DNA of 64,000 nt from an uncultured delta proteobacterium (GCA_963771465.1 CAVYTU010000005.1:59957-123956); one strand, 5' to 3'. Positions 20,305-30,948 are shown, numbered from the stretch's first letter. Notes: generated by a model not told the origin, from the letters alone. Numbers and translations: made by a program.

Positions 20305-21423
20305 TTATCTTTTGTCGACCGGCACGAACGGCCGCGGCTCGGGCCCGATGTAATCGGCGTTGGGCCGAATCAAACGATTATCAGCGCGCTGTTCGATAAT
20401 ATGCGCCGCCCAGCCGGTGATGCGCGAAACGACGAACAGCGGCGTGAACATCGCCGTCGGAATGCCGCAGAAGTGATACGCCGTAGCGCTGTAGAAATCC
20501 AAGTTGGGGAACATTTTTTTCTCGCGCATCATTACCTGCTCCATGCGCTCGGAGATCGCATAGAGCTTGGTATCGCCTTTGGCCTCGGCGAGTTTTTTCG
20601 ACCAGCCTTTGATGACATTGGAGCGCGGGTCGGAAATCTTATACACGCGATGGCCGAAGCCCATGATGAGCTTTTTCGCCGCCATCATTTCCAGCAACCC
20701 CTTCTCCGCCGCATCGGGTGTGTCGAATTGCTCGATCAATTCCATCGCCGCTTCATTGGCGCCGCCGTGCAGCGGTCCGCGCAGCGCGCCGATGCCGCCG
20801 GTGATCGCCGAGTAGAAGTCGGCCAACGTCGCGGTGATCGTGCGCGTGGTAAACGTCGAGGCGTTGAATTCATGTTCGGCGTAGAGAATCAGCGAGGCAT
20901 CGATGGCGCGGCGCTGCAAGTCGTCGGGCTTCTTGCCGTGCAGCAAGTGCAAGAAGTGGCCGGCGGTGTCGTCATCGTCGGTTTCGGTATTGATGCGTTT
21001 GCCGCTGGTGACGAAATGGTGCCAATAGAGCAACATGGCGCTGAAGCAGGCGGTCAGCCGATTGGCAACGCCGATCTGGGTGCGGCCGGGGCCCTCGGGT
21101 TCCAAGGTGCCCAACATCGAGCAGCCCGTGCGCAGCACGTCCATCGGATGGGTGCTGCTGGGAATTTCCTCAAGAACCGATTTTAACGTCGGATGGAGGC
21201 CGCGCAGGTTGCGCAATCTCGTCTTGTAATCGTCAAGCTCGTCCGCTTTCGGCAAACGGCCGTAGATCAGCAAATAGGCGACATCCTCAAAGGTCGAATG
21301 CGCCGCTAGATCCTCGATCGAGTAGCCGCGGTAGGTGAGACCGACGCCTTGTTTGCCGACTGTCGAGATCGCCGTATTGCCGGCGATAATGCCTTCGAGG
21401 CCGCCGGTTTTTTTCTCTGCCAT
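20305..21423 (-). CDS. prpC: 2-methylcitrate synthase
   Basis: [37 protein letters not shown]. Confidence 0.9.
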   Translation of the reverse strand: MAEKKTGGLEGIIAGNTAISTVGKQGVGLTYRGYSIEDLAAHSTFEDVAYLLIYGRLPKADELDDYKTRLRNLRGLHPTLKSVLEEIPSSTHPMDVLRTGCSMLGTLEPEGPGRTQIGVANRLTACFSAMLLYWHHFVTSGKRINTETDDDDTAGHFLHLLHGKKPDDLQRRAIDASLILYAEHEFNASTFTTRTITATLADFYSAITGGIGALRGPLHGGANEAAMELIEQFDTPDAAEKGLLEMMAAKKLIMGFGHRVYKISDPRSNVIKGWSKKLAEAKGDTKLYAISERMEQVMMREKKMFPNLDFYSATAYHFCGIPTAMFTPLFVVSRITGWAAHIIEQRADNRLIRPNADYIGPEPRPFVPVDKR

Positions 21424-21565
21424 GGAAATATCCTCCACACCGACAATGCAACGCGGCTCGTCGTATTTCAAGCAGCGAAAAGCCTTTCGCGAACCTCCAG
21501 CACTTGACAGTTCGGCGTTCGATTCGATAGCGCTGGGGTAAATCTTTTTTACCAGGGAGTGATTC

Positions 21566-22567
21566 ATGGCGTTACCGCAAACTTTCAAAGCGATGGTGGT
21601 TTCAGAAACTATCGAGAAAAAATTCGTTCGCGAAGTTACTCAAAAGGCGTTGAGCGAGCTGCCCGGCGGCGAGCTGATCGTCGAGGTGAAGTATTCCTCA
21701 CTCAATTACAAAGACGCGTTGTCGGCCTCGGGCAACAAAGGCGTGACGCGCAAGTATCCGCACACACCGGGCATCGATGCTGCCGGCGTGGTCGTGGATT
21801 CGACGACCAAAGCATTTGGCGCCGGCGAGGAAGTCATCGTCATGGGCTTCGATCTCGGCATGAACACCTCCGGCGGCTTTGGCGAATACATCAGCGTGCC
21901 GTCCGGTTGGGCGGTGAAGCTGCCGCAAGGTTTGTCACTGCGCGACAGCATGGGTTATGGCACCGCCGGCTTGACCGCGGCGCTATGCTTGTTGCGACTG
22001 ATGGCCGGTGGATTGAACAAAGATTCCGGCGAGGTGTTGGTGACCGGCGCGACTGGCGGCGTCGGCAGTATCGCCGTGGCGATTCTCGCCAAGCTCGGCT
22101 TCAATGTCGTGGCCGCCACGGGCAAGGCGAACGAAACTGAGTATCTCACCCAGCTTGGCGCCAAGGCGGTCATCTCGCGCGAAGAGGCCAACGATACCTC
22201 GGGCCGGCCGATGCAAAAAGGGCGTTGGGCCGGGGTCGTCGACACGGTGGGCGGAAACATTCTCGCCACGGCGCTCAAGAGCGCGAAATACGGCGGCTTG
22301 GTAGCGGCCTGCGGCAACGCTATGTCCGCCGATCTAAGCGTCAGCGTATTTCCATTTATTCTCCGCGGCGTGAGTTTGCTCGGCGTCGATTCCGTCGAGA
22401 TTCCCATGCGCGCGCGCCAGATGGCGTGGAACAAACTCGCCGGCGAATGGAGTGTCGATCTGGCGCGCATCGTTAGCGAAGTTTCACTCGATGCCCTGAG
22501 CCCGGAGATCGACAAGATTTTAAAAGGCGGTGTGCGCGGCCGAATCGTAGTCGACTTGGGCAAGTAG
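21566..22567 (+). CDS. acuI: Acrylyl-CoA reductase YhdH/AcuI family
   Basis: [52 protein letters not shown]. Confidence 0.85.
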   Translation: MALPQTFKAMVVSETIEKKFVREVTQKALSELPGGELIVEVKYSSLNYKDALSASGNKGVTRKYPHTPGIDAAGVVVDSTTKAFGAGEEVIVMGFDLGMNTSGGFGEYISVPSGWAVKLPQGLSLRDSMGYGTAGLTAALCLLRLMAGGLNKDSGEVLVTGATGGVGSIAVAILAKLGFNVVAATGKANETEYLTQLGAKAVISREEANDTSGRPMQKGRWAGVVDTVGGNILATALKSAKYGGLVAACGNAMSADLSVSVFPFILRGVSLLGVDSVEIPMRARQMAWNKLAGEWSVDLARIVSEVSLDALSPEIDKILKGGVRGRIVVDLGK

Positions 22568-22580
22568 AAAGGGAAAGATT

Positions 22581-22652
22581 CATCACGAAGGACACGAAGA
22601 GCATGAAGTTCGGAAATTAATCATCCGAACCCTTCGTGATCTTCGTGGTGAA
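22581..22652. repeat. CACGAAG 9-mer hairpin (family C)
   Basis: CACGAAGGA CACGAAGAG CATGAAG-TTCGGA...TCCGAA-CCCTTCGTGAT CTTCGTGGTG. Confidence 0.85.
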
Positions 22653-22687
22653 AAGTTCTTTTTCGCACTGAATCGAAAGGCAATCTC

Positions 22688-25081
22688 TTGGCAGAAACAA
22701 TCAGTCATGAATCCGCTCTCGGTCATCTTCGCGTCATCGAGCTTGGCGATATTCCGGCGTCCTACGCGACGCGGCAGCTCGCCGATCTCGGCGCCGATGT
22801 GATCAAAGTCGAACCGCCGGGCGGCGATCCCAATCGGCTGCTGCCGCCCTTCGCCGGCAACATCGAGCATCCCGAGCGCAGCCTGACGTTCATCAACGCG
22901 AATACCAACAAGCGTAGCATCGTCCTTGACCTCGAGCGTGAGTCGGATCGGGAAACTTTTTCGAAATTACTTGCGTCAACCAATCTGTTTTTCGAGGCGA
23001 CGCCGCTTGGCTATTTGGAAAAGTTCGGTTTCAACGACGAAAGCCTAAGCAAAGACTTTCCCGGATTGGCCATCGTTTCGATCACGCCCTTCGGCCGCAC
23101 AGGTCCCTATCGTCACTATAAAGGCAGCGACGCCATCGCCAACGCCGCCGGCGGATTTCTTTACGGCCAGGGGGATAACAACAAAGGCCACTGTACGGCG
23201 CCGAGCCATCTCGCTTATCAGATGGCCGCCACCATGGCGGCATGGTTGGGCCTCGCCGCGCTGCGTCATGCGCGCGTCACCGGCGCCGGACAGCGCATCG
23301 ACATCTCGCTGCAGGAAGCCTTGACGTTCGCCAACAGCAGCAGCATCGCGCGCTATTCGCGCGAGAACCGTTTGGAGCGGCGCCCCGGTGCCAAAGCATC
23401 CGGCGGCGCCGGGACGAATATTTATCGCTGTAAAGATGGCCGCTACGTGCACTTCACCACCAACATGCCGCATATGTGGAAAGAGTTTGCGCAAAACTGG
23501 ATGACCGACAAAAAGCTCGCCGGACCGGAGTGGGAAAACCCGCGCTACCGCGACGCGCATGCGGCGGAAGTGGCGCAAGGGTTCGCCGAGTTTATCGGCC
23601 AGTTCAACGCGGATGATTTCGCCAACCAGGCGCAAGCGCGCCACCTCGCCGCCGCGCCGCTCAACACCATCGGCCAGTTCGTCGACTGCGAGCAAATCCG
23701 CGCGCGCGGGTGGATGCAGGAGATCGACCATCCGGTGATCGGCAAGTACAAAGCGCCCGGCGCGCCCATGCGCTTGTCATTGACTCCCATGCGCGTGCGC
23801 CGGCCGGCGCCATTGCTCGATCAGCAGCGAAACGAGATTTTGCTTGAGCTTGAGAAACAGCTAGCCAATAGCGCGAAAGTAAACGGTGAAAATGCTCGCG
23901 CTCCAATGCTTGCGGGTCTGCGCATGGCCGATTTGACGCAGCAATTCGCCGGACCGCTGGGAACCGAATTACTCGCTTACTATGGCATGGAAGTGGTGAA
24001 GATCGAGACTGGCACGATTGCGAGCAAAGAGCGCGAGGCGGCGGTGCATGCGTGCATGAACCGGGCGAAGCTCGGTTGCACGGTCAATCTGCGCAATGCC
24101 GAAGGTAAAGAATTATTTAAGCAGTTGGTGGCTAAGTCCGATGTCGTGGTCGACAATTTCAGCTCCGGTGTGCTTGAACGATTAGGCTTCAGCTTCGATG
24201 TTTTGCAGCAGATCAATCCTGGCATCGTTCAAGCCGTGATGCCGGGTTGGGGTCTGACCGGGCCGCTAAAAAGGTGGGTCGCCTGGGGTTGGCAGCTGCT
24301 CGCTTACACCGGCATCATGCGCTTGTGGGGTTATCCCGACTCGCCCATGGAAACGCGCTGCAAGATCGCGTGGCCCGACCGTGTGGGGTCGGTGACGATG
24401 GCGCTTGGCGTCCTCGCCTCGTTGGAATATCAAGCGCGTACCGGCAAAGGACAATTCATCGAGGCCGGCATGCTCGAAGCGCAGGGCGCGATGATGGGGC
24501 CGGCGATTCTCGATTATACGGTCAACGGCAATGACTGGGATGCCATGGGTTACGGCGAAATTCTCGGCCAAGTTTATGCGCCCTATGGTGTGTATCCGTG
24601 CAGTGGCGACGACAGTTGGATCATCATCGCCTGTGCGAGCGATGAAGAATGGCAGAGCATGGTCGGCAGGATCGGCAGATCGTCTTGGGCCGCCGACGCT
24701 AAATTCGCCACCAAAGCGGGCCGCGCGGAAAATCGTACGGAGCTTGATCAAAACCTTTCTCAGTGGACGCGCAAGTGCACGGCGAAGCAAGCCTTTCGGT
24801 TGCTGCAAGAGTCCGGCGTCGCCGCCGGAATTCCATCTTCCGGTGAAGACCTCTTTCACGACATCCACCTGCGCGCTCGCAGCCACATCGTCGAGACCGA
24901 GGCCCAACCTTGGGGCAAGATCACCCATCACGGCTTGCCGGGAATTCCTTCTCTGTCCGTGGCCAATGCTGCTAGGGCTGCGCCGTGGATTGGCGTGAAC
25001 AACGATCAGGTGTTTGGCGAGATACTCGGTTTGAGCACCGAGACGATTGAGGAACTGAAAGCGCGCGAAGCGATCAAGTAG
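22688..25081 (+). CDS. Tandem two-domain class III (CaiB/BaiF) CoA-transferase
   Basis: LADLGADVIKVEPPGGD...NTNKRSIVLDL and LAYYGMEVVKIE...NRAKLGCTVNL halves. Confidence 0.9.
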   Translation: MAETISHESALGHLRVIELGDIPASYATRQLADLGADVIKVEPPGGDPNRLLPPFAGNIEHPERSLTFINANTNKRSIVLDLERESDRETFSKLLASTNLFFEATPLGYLEKFGFNDESLSKDFPGLAIVSITPFGRTGPYRHYKGSDAIANAAGGFLYGQGDNNKGHCTAPSHLAYQMAATMAAWLGLAALRHARVTGAGQRIDISLQEALTFANSSSIARYSRENRLERRPGAKASGGAGTNIYRCKDGRYVHFTTNMPHMWKEFAQNWMTDKKLAGPEWENPRYRDAHAAEVAQGFAEFIGQFNADDFANQAQARHLAAAPLNTIGQFVDCEQIRARGWMQEIDHPVIGKYKAPGAPMRLSLTPMRVRRPAPLLDQQRNEILLELEKQLANSAKVNGENARAPMLAGLRMADLTQQFAGPLGTELLAYYGMEVVKIETGTIASKEREAAVHACMNRAKLGCTVNLRNAEGKELFKQLVAKSDVVVDNFSSGVLERLGFSFDVLQQINPGIVQAVMPGWGLTGPLKRWVAWGWQLLAYTGIMRLWGYPDSPMETRCKIAWPDRVGSVTMALGVLASLEYQARTGKGQFIEAGMLEAQGAMMGPAILDYTVNGNDWDAMGYGEILGQVYAPYGVYPCSGDDSWIIIACASDEEWQSMVGRIGRSSWAADAKFATKAGRAENRTELDQNLSQWTRKCTAKQAFRLLQESGVAAGIPSSGEDLFHDIHLRARSHIVETEAQPWGKITHHGLPGIPSLSVANAARAAPWIGVNNDQVFGEILGLSTETIEELKAREAIK

Positions 25082-25089
25082 TGTCACTT

Positions 25090-25895
25090 ATGAGTAGCAA
25101 AGGATCAGACCGATCCGACGGACACCGGCGGCTGAGGCCGAGCGGTGGTTACCGTGAGTTACGCAGCTTTCAGGTGGCCACGGTGATTTATGATGCGACA
25201 GCGTCGTTCTGTGACCGGTTTGTCGACAAGCGTTCGCGCACTCACGATCAAATGGTTCAGGCCGCGCGCAGTGGGCGACAGAATATTGCTGAGGGTAGCA
25301 GAGCTGCAGCGACGTCTAGCGAGACCGAGCTGCGTCTAGTGAACGTTGCGCGCGCTAGCCTCGATGAGTTGCTGCTGGACTATGAGGATTTTCTACGACA
25401 ACGAGGAAAGCGTCAGTGGAGTAAAGACGACCGAGAAGCTCGCGAGGTGCGCGCTGTGGGATCCAAAAGAGATCGAACGGATCAGTCTGATCGGACCGAT
25501 CCGACGGATCATTGGAAGGCTTACTGCCGCTGGCTCGATGCCGCAGATGCCGCGCTCGTTGCGAATACAGTGCTCTGTCTGATCCACCAGGCGAACTATC
25601 TGCTCGATCAGCAGATCGCTGGGCTGGAGCGCGGGTTTGTTAAGGACGGCGGCTACACGGAGAAACTTGCTGCCGCACGATTGGCCGAGCGGCAGCGACA
25701 GAAAAAAGATCGGACCGATCCGTCGGATCAGACTGATCAGTCGGGACTCTTAGTTAGCGCGCCAACCTGCGCGACTTGCGGCAAGACGATGGTCGTGCGC
25801 ACCGCCCGCAAAGGGGAACTCGCCGGTTCGCAGTTTTGGGTTGTTCAGGTTATCCCGAGTGCAAAGCTACGCGACTGTTTGAAGAATCAACCTGA
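25090..25895 (+). CDS. Four-helix-bundle protein with suffix domain and topoisomerase-type C4 zinc ribbon; frameshift near 25838
   Basis: GGYRELRSFQ, DQMVQAARSGRQNIAEGS, NVARASLDELLLDYEDFLRQ, GGYTEKL; CATCGK...FW/GCSGYPEC after a one-base correction. Confidence 0.9.
25471..25743 (+). repeat. In-frame GATCNNNNN 9-mer arrays (25103-25123, 25471-25510, 25708-25743)
   Basis: GATCGAACG GATCAGTCT GATCGGACC GATCCGACG, encoding DRTDQSDRTDPTD. Confidence 0.85.
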
Positions 25896-25911
25896 GGCAG
25901 CCTGTTAAAAA

Positions 25912-26796
25912 TCATGACACTTTCTTGGCCTTGGGTCCGAACGGTTCGGGTTGAAACGGCCCGTCGCGTTCTTGCAAGAATGCCGCGAGTCCGCCTTTTT
26001 TCTTGGCGTCATCGAGTCGTTTGTTGAACTCCTCGCGCTTGGTCAAGCGCGCCATCGCGGCCAGCTCTGAATTCATCGTCCAGGCTTTGCGCAGGCCCAT
26101 CATTTCTAATCCCATGGTCGAGATCTGCAGGTTGATCTTCACCGTTTCCGGCGAAATATGCGCGATGCGATCGACGAATTGAAAACAGGTTTCAATCAAC
26201 TGATCTTTGGGCACCACTTGATTGACCAGGCCGATGCGCAACGCTTCCTGGGCGTCGACATGATCGCCGGTGAGGGAGTAGCGTAAAGCATTTTTAAAAC
26301 CGGCAAGAGCGACCCAAATGAAATCGGTGTTGGCGCCGTGGCGCACTTGCGGCTGGCCGAACACGGCGTCGTCCGCGGCGATGGTTACATGGCAGGTGAG
26401 CGCGAGCCAAGAGGCCGCGCCGAAACACCAGCCGCTGACCGCGCCGATGATCGGCTTGGGAAATTGCCAGCGGTAAAGCTGGCGGCCCAAGATATCCTTG
26501 CGGTCGGCGTCGCGAAACTTGTTGTACGTTGCGTTGAGCGATGTGCCAGCTGGGACACCATAGGGCCACGCAGTGTCGGGATCGGAGTCGCCGATATCCT
26601 CACCCGCGGAAAACGCGCCGCCGGCGCCGGTAATGACAACGGCGCGAATCTCAGGATCTCCTTCAGCTTCGGCGAACGCGCCATCGAGCTCGTTCATCAT
26701 GTCTTGATTCATCGCGTTCAACGCATTGGGCCGGTTGAGCGTGATTAGCACCCCGCTGCGTTGTTTCTCATAAATTAAAGTCTTGTACTGTGCCAT
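25912..26796 (-). CDS. Enoyl-CoA hydratase/isomerase (crotonase) paralog 3
   Basis: ITLNRPNALNA, AFSAGED, FGQPQVRHG, C-terminal RDGPFQPEPFGP. Confidence 0.85.
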   Translation of the reverse strand: MAQYKTLIYEKQRSGVLITLNRPNALNAMNQDMMNELDGAFAEAEGDPEIRAVVITGAGGAFSAGEDIGDSDPDTAWPYGVPAGTSLNATYNKFRDADRKDILGRQLYRWQFPKPIIGAVSGWCFGAASWLALTCHVTIAADDAVFGQPQVRHGANTDFIWVALAGFKNALRYSLTGDHVDAQEALRIGLVNQVVPKDQLIETCFQFVDRIAHISPETVKINLQISTMGLEMMGLRKAWTMNSELAAMARLTKREEFNKRLDDAKKKGGLAAFLQERDGPFQPEPFGPKAKKVS

Positions 26797-26822
26797 GTTT
26801 TCTTCTCCCAGTGTTGCTACGG

Positions 26823-26858
26823 CTTGAACGATTTGAACGTCTTGAACATTTTGAACGG
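26823..26858. repeat. TTGAAC 9-mer tandem array (family B-like)
   Basis: CTTGAACGA TTTGAACGT CTTGAACAT TTTGAACGG. Confidence 0.8.
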
Positions 26859-26866
26859 GCGATTTC

Positions 26867-27745
26867 TCAATCGCGCTTCTTTGACCGCGGCCCGAACGGT
26901 TCCGGTTGGAACGGTCCGTCGCGCATTTGTAAATATTCGCGAATGCCTTTGTTGGCGCGGGCGTCGTCCAGGGGCTTGCGTAACTCTTCGCGCAGCATGA
27001 CATGGGCTGGCGCCGACAACTGATTGTCCAACGTCAAGGCATCGCGCAGCCCCATCATGTCGAGGCCCAGGGTGGCGACCTGCAAATTGATTTTCACCGT
27101 TTCCGGCGGCACGTGGGCGATGCGCTCGACGATGCTGAAGCATTCGTCGATCAGTTGGTCGGCCGGCACGACTTTGACGACCAGGCCGATGCGCAACGCT
27201 TCTTGAGCGTCGATATGATCGCCGGTGAGACCGTAGCGCAGGGCGTTTTTGTAACCGCCCAACAACGTCCACATAAAGCTCGTGTTCGAGCCGTGGCGCA
27301 CTTCCGGTTGAGCGAATACCGCGTTTTCCGAAGCGATCGTTATGTGCGTGAAGAGCGACAGCCACGAGCCCGCGCCCATGGCCCAGCCGTTGATCGCGCC
27401 GATGATCGGTTTGCCGAACTCCCACATGCGGCGAAAGTTGCGCGGATCGGCGCGCCAAGAATCGACCACGCTGGCAGCGGTTTCACCGGTGACGATGCCG
27501 TAGGGCCAGTGTAAATCTCGACGCCTCCCGGACGCGTTGCCTTGGTCCATTCCAGCGGAGAACGCCCGGCCGGCGCCGGTGAGCACGACGGCCCGCACTT
27601 CGCGATCCTGCTCGACGTCGTCGAGAGCCTGATGGATTTCCTTGATCATGCTGCGGCTGATGGCGTTCATCGCCTCCGGGCGATTGAGCGTGATCAGCGC
27701 GCCGCCGCGTTGTTTCTCGTAGAGGATTTCTTTGTAGTCGGGCAT
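26867..27745 (-). CDS. Crotonase paralog 2
   Basis: ITLNRPEAMNA, FSAGMD, FAQPEVRHG, RDGPFQPEPFGP. Confidence 0.85.
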   Translation of the reverse strand: MPDYKEILYEKQRGGALITLNRPEAMNAISRSMIKEIHQALDDVEQDREVRAVVLTGAGRAFSAGMDQGNASGRRRDLHWPYGIVTGETAASVVDSWRADPRNFRRMWEFGKPIIGAINGWAMGAGSWLSLFTHITIASENAVFAQPEVRHGSNTSFMWTLLGGYKNALRYGLTGDHIDAQEALRIGLVVKVVPADQLIDECFSIVERIAHVPPETVKINLQVATLGLDMMGLRDALTLDNQLSAPAHVMLREELRKPLDDARANKGIREYLQMRDGPFQPEPFGPRSKKRD

Positions 27746-27765
27746 AAAACTCCTTCAGGGAATAA

Positions 27766-27840
27766 TTGGAGTACTGGAGTGATGGAGTTCTGGAGTATTG
27801 GGGTCCGGAACGCATCACTCCATCACTCCAACACTCCAAT
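27766..27840. repeat. Family A TGGAGT 8-mer hairpin, copy 3
   Basis: TGGAGTAC TGGAGTGA TGGAGTTC TGGAGTAT TGG ... ATCACTCC ATCACTCC AACACTCCAA. Confidence 0.9.
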
Positions 27841-30019
27841 TGATTTCTGCTTCATCGCAATCTCCACCACAGCGTCGACGGCGACGACGCCTTGGCCTTT
27901 GCGGCAAGACGATCAGCGGATTGATATCGACGCCGAGCAGTTGATCGCCGAGGCTGACGGCGAGGTTCGAGATGCCGACGATCGCATCGCACAGTGCATC
28001 GACATCGCCGGCCGGTTTGCCGCGCACGCCGCCGAGAATTTGAAAACCGCGCAGACGCATCAACATGTCTTGAGCCTGTTGGCGCGACAGCGGCGGGATG
28101 CCGACGGCAATATCTTTGAGCACTTCAACTAGAATGCCGCCCAAACCACAAAGCACCACTGGGCCGAATAACGGATCGCGCTTGATACCGAGGATCATTT
28201 CGACGCCGTCGCCGGCCATGCGCTGGACGACAATGCCGTCGATCTTAGCGTTCGGCACGCGGCTTTTGACTTCGCTTTGAATGCGCGCGAACGCTGCTCG
28301 CACTTCGCTGCCATTGGAAAGGTTCAACGCGACGCCGCCGACATCGCTCTTGTGCGTGATCTGTGCCGACTCGACTTTGAGGACGACCGGGTAGCCCATC
28401 TTGTCAGCGGCAAGCGCCGCATCATCGGCGTTGCTCGTGAGAACCGTGGGCGCGACTGGGATGGCGAACTCTTTGAAGAGCGCAAACGCGGCTTCGGCGC
28501 CGAGCATTCCTGACGGCAGTTTGGCATGAGCTGTCGGCCTGGGAATTTCGCCACCTCCGGTCAGCCGCGATTTCTGAAAGTCGTAGTAGTCGGCCAAATT
28601 TCTTATCGTCGCCGTGGCGCACTCGGCGCCTTCCATGATCGGCACGCCGGCATTGCGCAACGGCTGAAGAATTTCCGGATCGACGGGACCGCCGACGACT
28701 GAACTGAAAGTTGCGATCGGTTTCTTACTCGCTGCCGCGGCTGTTTCGATCGCCAACGTGAAACGGTTGCCGCTTTTTAATTCCTTCGGCCTCGGGTCGT
28801 TGGCTTCGAGATTGATCGTGACGATGTCGATGTTGGCGTCGTCGACCAACCCTTGAAGCAGGCGAGGAAAAATTTTCTCGTCGTCGTACATGGCGCCGGT
28901 GCCGTCCAGGGGATTGTTCATGTTGCCGAAGTCGGCGACCGCTGCTTGCAAGCTCGCTTTAGTTGATTCAGTCAGTTCGGGAACTTCGACGCCGACGTTG
29001 GCCGCAGCGTCGGAGACCAACGTGCACTCGCCGCCGGAACCGGAGAGCACACCGATGCGCCGTCCGCCGTGATATTTCTTGATGAAACCGTCGCAGGAAA
29101 AAACGCTGATGCTGTCGATCAATTCATTGATGCTGCGCACCGAGACGATGCCGCCTTGGCGAAATGCCGCATCGACCACTTCCGCCGCGCCGGCCAGCGA
29201 GCCCGAGTGGGTGGCCGCAGCGCGCTTGGATACCTCGGAGCGGCCGCCTTTGAGAATGATCAACGGTTTATTATGTTCGGCGGCTTTGCGCGCCACTGCG
29301 AGCAAGCGTTCCGGCTGTTTGAAGCCTTCGACGAACACCGCGATGACCCGCGTATTGGTGTCTTCGACGAAGTAGTTGATGTATTCTTCGATGGTCGCGC
29401 CGGATTGGTTGCCGCAGGAAATAATATGGCTCAGGCCGACGTGGCGGTTGAGCATGAGCGCGTTGGCGATGGTCGTGCTGAGTCCGCCGCTCTGCGAGAT
29501 CAACGCCACCGAGCCGGCGAGAAATCCCGGCGGGATCGTCGAGGCGAAGAGCGGCGTTTTGCCATGAACATTCAACACGCCGTAACAGTTCGGTCCGCAG
29601 ATGAGAAAGCCGCGTTCTTTGGACAATGCTTCGAGACGCGCTTGGCGAATTTTGCCTTCGCCGCCAATTTCTCCGAAGCCGGCGGCAAATACGACGCCAG
29701 CGCGCACGCCGGCGTTGGCGGCGGACTCCAACAGGTCGGCCACATGGCGATTGGGCACCGCCGAGACCACGCAGTCGACCGGTTCGGGAATGGACGCGAT
29801 GTCTGGATAGCACGGGAAGCCCATCACTTCGCTGTATTTCGGATTGACCGCGACGATGCGCCCTTCGAAGCCGAAGTTTTTGAGATTGCGAATGACTCGG
29901 TTGCCGCGCGGCTCACGCGCCAGGTTAGCATCTGCTCCACGCTGCGATGCTCCGACGATGGCGACGGATTGCGGCGCGATGAGCGGCGTGAGATCGCGCC
30001 AGGAAGCTACGTCATTCAT
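27815..30019 (-). CDS. ADP-forming acyl-CoA synthetase (acetate-CoA ligase family, CoA-binding plus ATP-grasp); frameshift near C-terminus
   Basis: SVAIVGAS, GPNCYG, SQSGG, ATHSGSLAG (phospho-His), HKSDVGGV, DINPL. Confidence 0.9.
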   Translation of the reverse strand: MNDVASWRDLTPLIAPQSVAIVGASQRGADANLAREPRGNRVIRNLKNFGFEGRIVAVNPKYSEVMGFPCYPDIASIPEPVDCVVSAVPNRHVADLLESAANAGVRAGVVFAAGFGEIGGEGKIRQARLEALSKERGFLICGPNCYGVLNVHGKTPLFASTIPPGFLAGSVALISQSGGLSTTIANALMLNRHVGLSHIISCGNQSGATIEEYINYFVEDTNTRVIAVFVEGFKQPERLLAVARKAAEHNKPLIILKGGRSEVSKRAAATHSGSLAGAAEVVDAAFRQGGIVSVRSINELIDSISVFSCDGFIKKYHGGRRIGVLSGSGGECTLVSDAAANVGVEVPELTESTKASLQAAVADFGNMNNPLDGTGAMYDDEKIFPRLLQGLVDDANIDIVTINLEANDPRPKELKSGNRFTLAIETAAAASKKPIATFSSVVGGPVDPEILQPLRNAGVPIMEGAECATATIRNLADYYDFQKSRLTGGGEIPRPTAHAKLPSGMLGAEAAFALFKEFAIPVAPTVLTSNADDAALAADKMGYPVVLKVESAQITHKSDVGGVALNLSNGSEVRAAFARIQSEVKSRVPNAKIDGIVVQRMAGDGVEMILGIKRDPLFGPVVLCGLGGILVEVLKDIAVGIPPLSRQQAQDMLMRLRGFQILGGVRGKPAGDVDALCDAIVGISNLAVSLGDQLLGVDINPLIVLPQRPRRRRRRRCGGDCDEAEINWSVGVME

Positions 30020-30032
30020 AATTTCCTACTGT

Positions 30033-30058
30033 TGCCTCAAGCCTCGTGCCTCACGCCT
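30033..30058. repeat. GCCTCNN 7-mer tandem overlapping a stop codon
   Basis: GCCTCAA GCCTCGT GCCTCAC GCCT. Confidence 0.6.
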
Positions 30059-30929
30059 TCTTCTTGGCCCTCGGTCCAAACGGTTCGGGCTGAAACGGGC
30101 CGTCACGTTTTTGCAGGTAAGCTTTCGTGCCTTCGGTGGCGCGCACTTCGTCGAGTGGGCGGCGGAATTCTTCGCGCAGCATCATGTGCGCCGGGATCGA
30201 TAGCGTTTCGTCCATGTGGAGTGCGTCGCGCAGTCCCATCATTTGCAGCCCCATGGTCGAGATGGCGAGATTGATTTTCACCGTCTCCGGCGGCACGCGA
30301 GCGATGCGCTCGACGATCTGAAAACATTCTTCCAGCAACTGATCGACGGGGACGACTTTGTTCACCAGGCCGATGCGATGGGCTTCCTTGGCGTCGATGT
30401 GATCGCCGACCAGGCCGTAGCGCAGCGCGTTTTTAAATCCAGCGAGCAGCGTCCACATGAAAGTCGTGTTCGAGCCATGGCGCACTTCCGGCTGGGCGAA
30501 CACCGCGTCTTCGGCGGCGATGGTGATGTGGCTGTAGAGCGCCAGCCAGCAGCCGCCGCCCATGGCCCAGCCACGCACGGCGGCGATCACCGGCTTGGTC
30601 ATTTCAAAGATGCGGATCAGCTTCACATCATCCATGGACCAATAGTTCATCAGGTCCGCCGCGCTCATGCCGGTCTGGATGCCATAGGGCCACTGAATGT
30701 CGCGGCGCCGGCCGGTGGTAGTCGCCTGATCGAAGCCGGAGCTAAATGCGCGCCCGGCGCCGGTGATGATGATGGCGCGTATCTCGGGATCGGCTTCAGC
30801 GTCGTCCAACGCGTTATGAATTTCCTTCAGCATCGGCCGGGTTATGGCGTTGAGCGCTTCGGGCCGATTGAGCGTGATCAGTACGCCGCCGCGTTGCTTC
30901 TGGTAGATGATTTCTTTGTAGTCGGCCAT
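30051..30929 (-). CDS. Crotonase paralog 1
   Basis: ITLNRPEALNA, FSSGFD, FAQPEVRHG, RDGPFQPEPFGP. Confidence 0.85.
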   Translation of the reverse strand: MADYKEIIYQKQRGGVLITLNRPEALNAITRPMLKEIHNALDDAEADPEIRAIIITGAGRAFSSGFDQATTTGRRRDIQWPYGIQTGMSAADLMNYWSMDDVKLIRIFEMTKPVIAAVRGWAMGGGCWLALYSHITIAAEDAVFAQPEVRHGSNTTFMWTLLAGFKNALRYGLVGDHIDAKEAHRIGLVNKVVPVDQLLEECFQIVERIARVPPETVKINLAISTMGLQMMGLRDALHMDETLSIPAHMMLREEFRRPLDEVRATEGTKAYLQKRDGPFQPEPFGPRAKKKA

Positions 30930-30948
30930 GGGAATTCCTCGGTCGGGA

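Noticed and set aside
22688-25081. Firm call as DMSP lyase DddD
   Set aside because: The two-domain CaiB architecture is common, and I cannot establish orthology from motifs alone.
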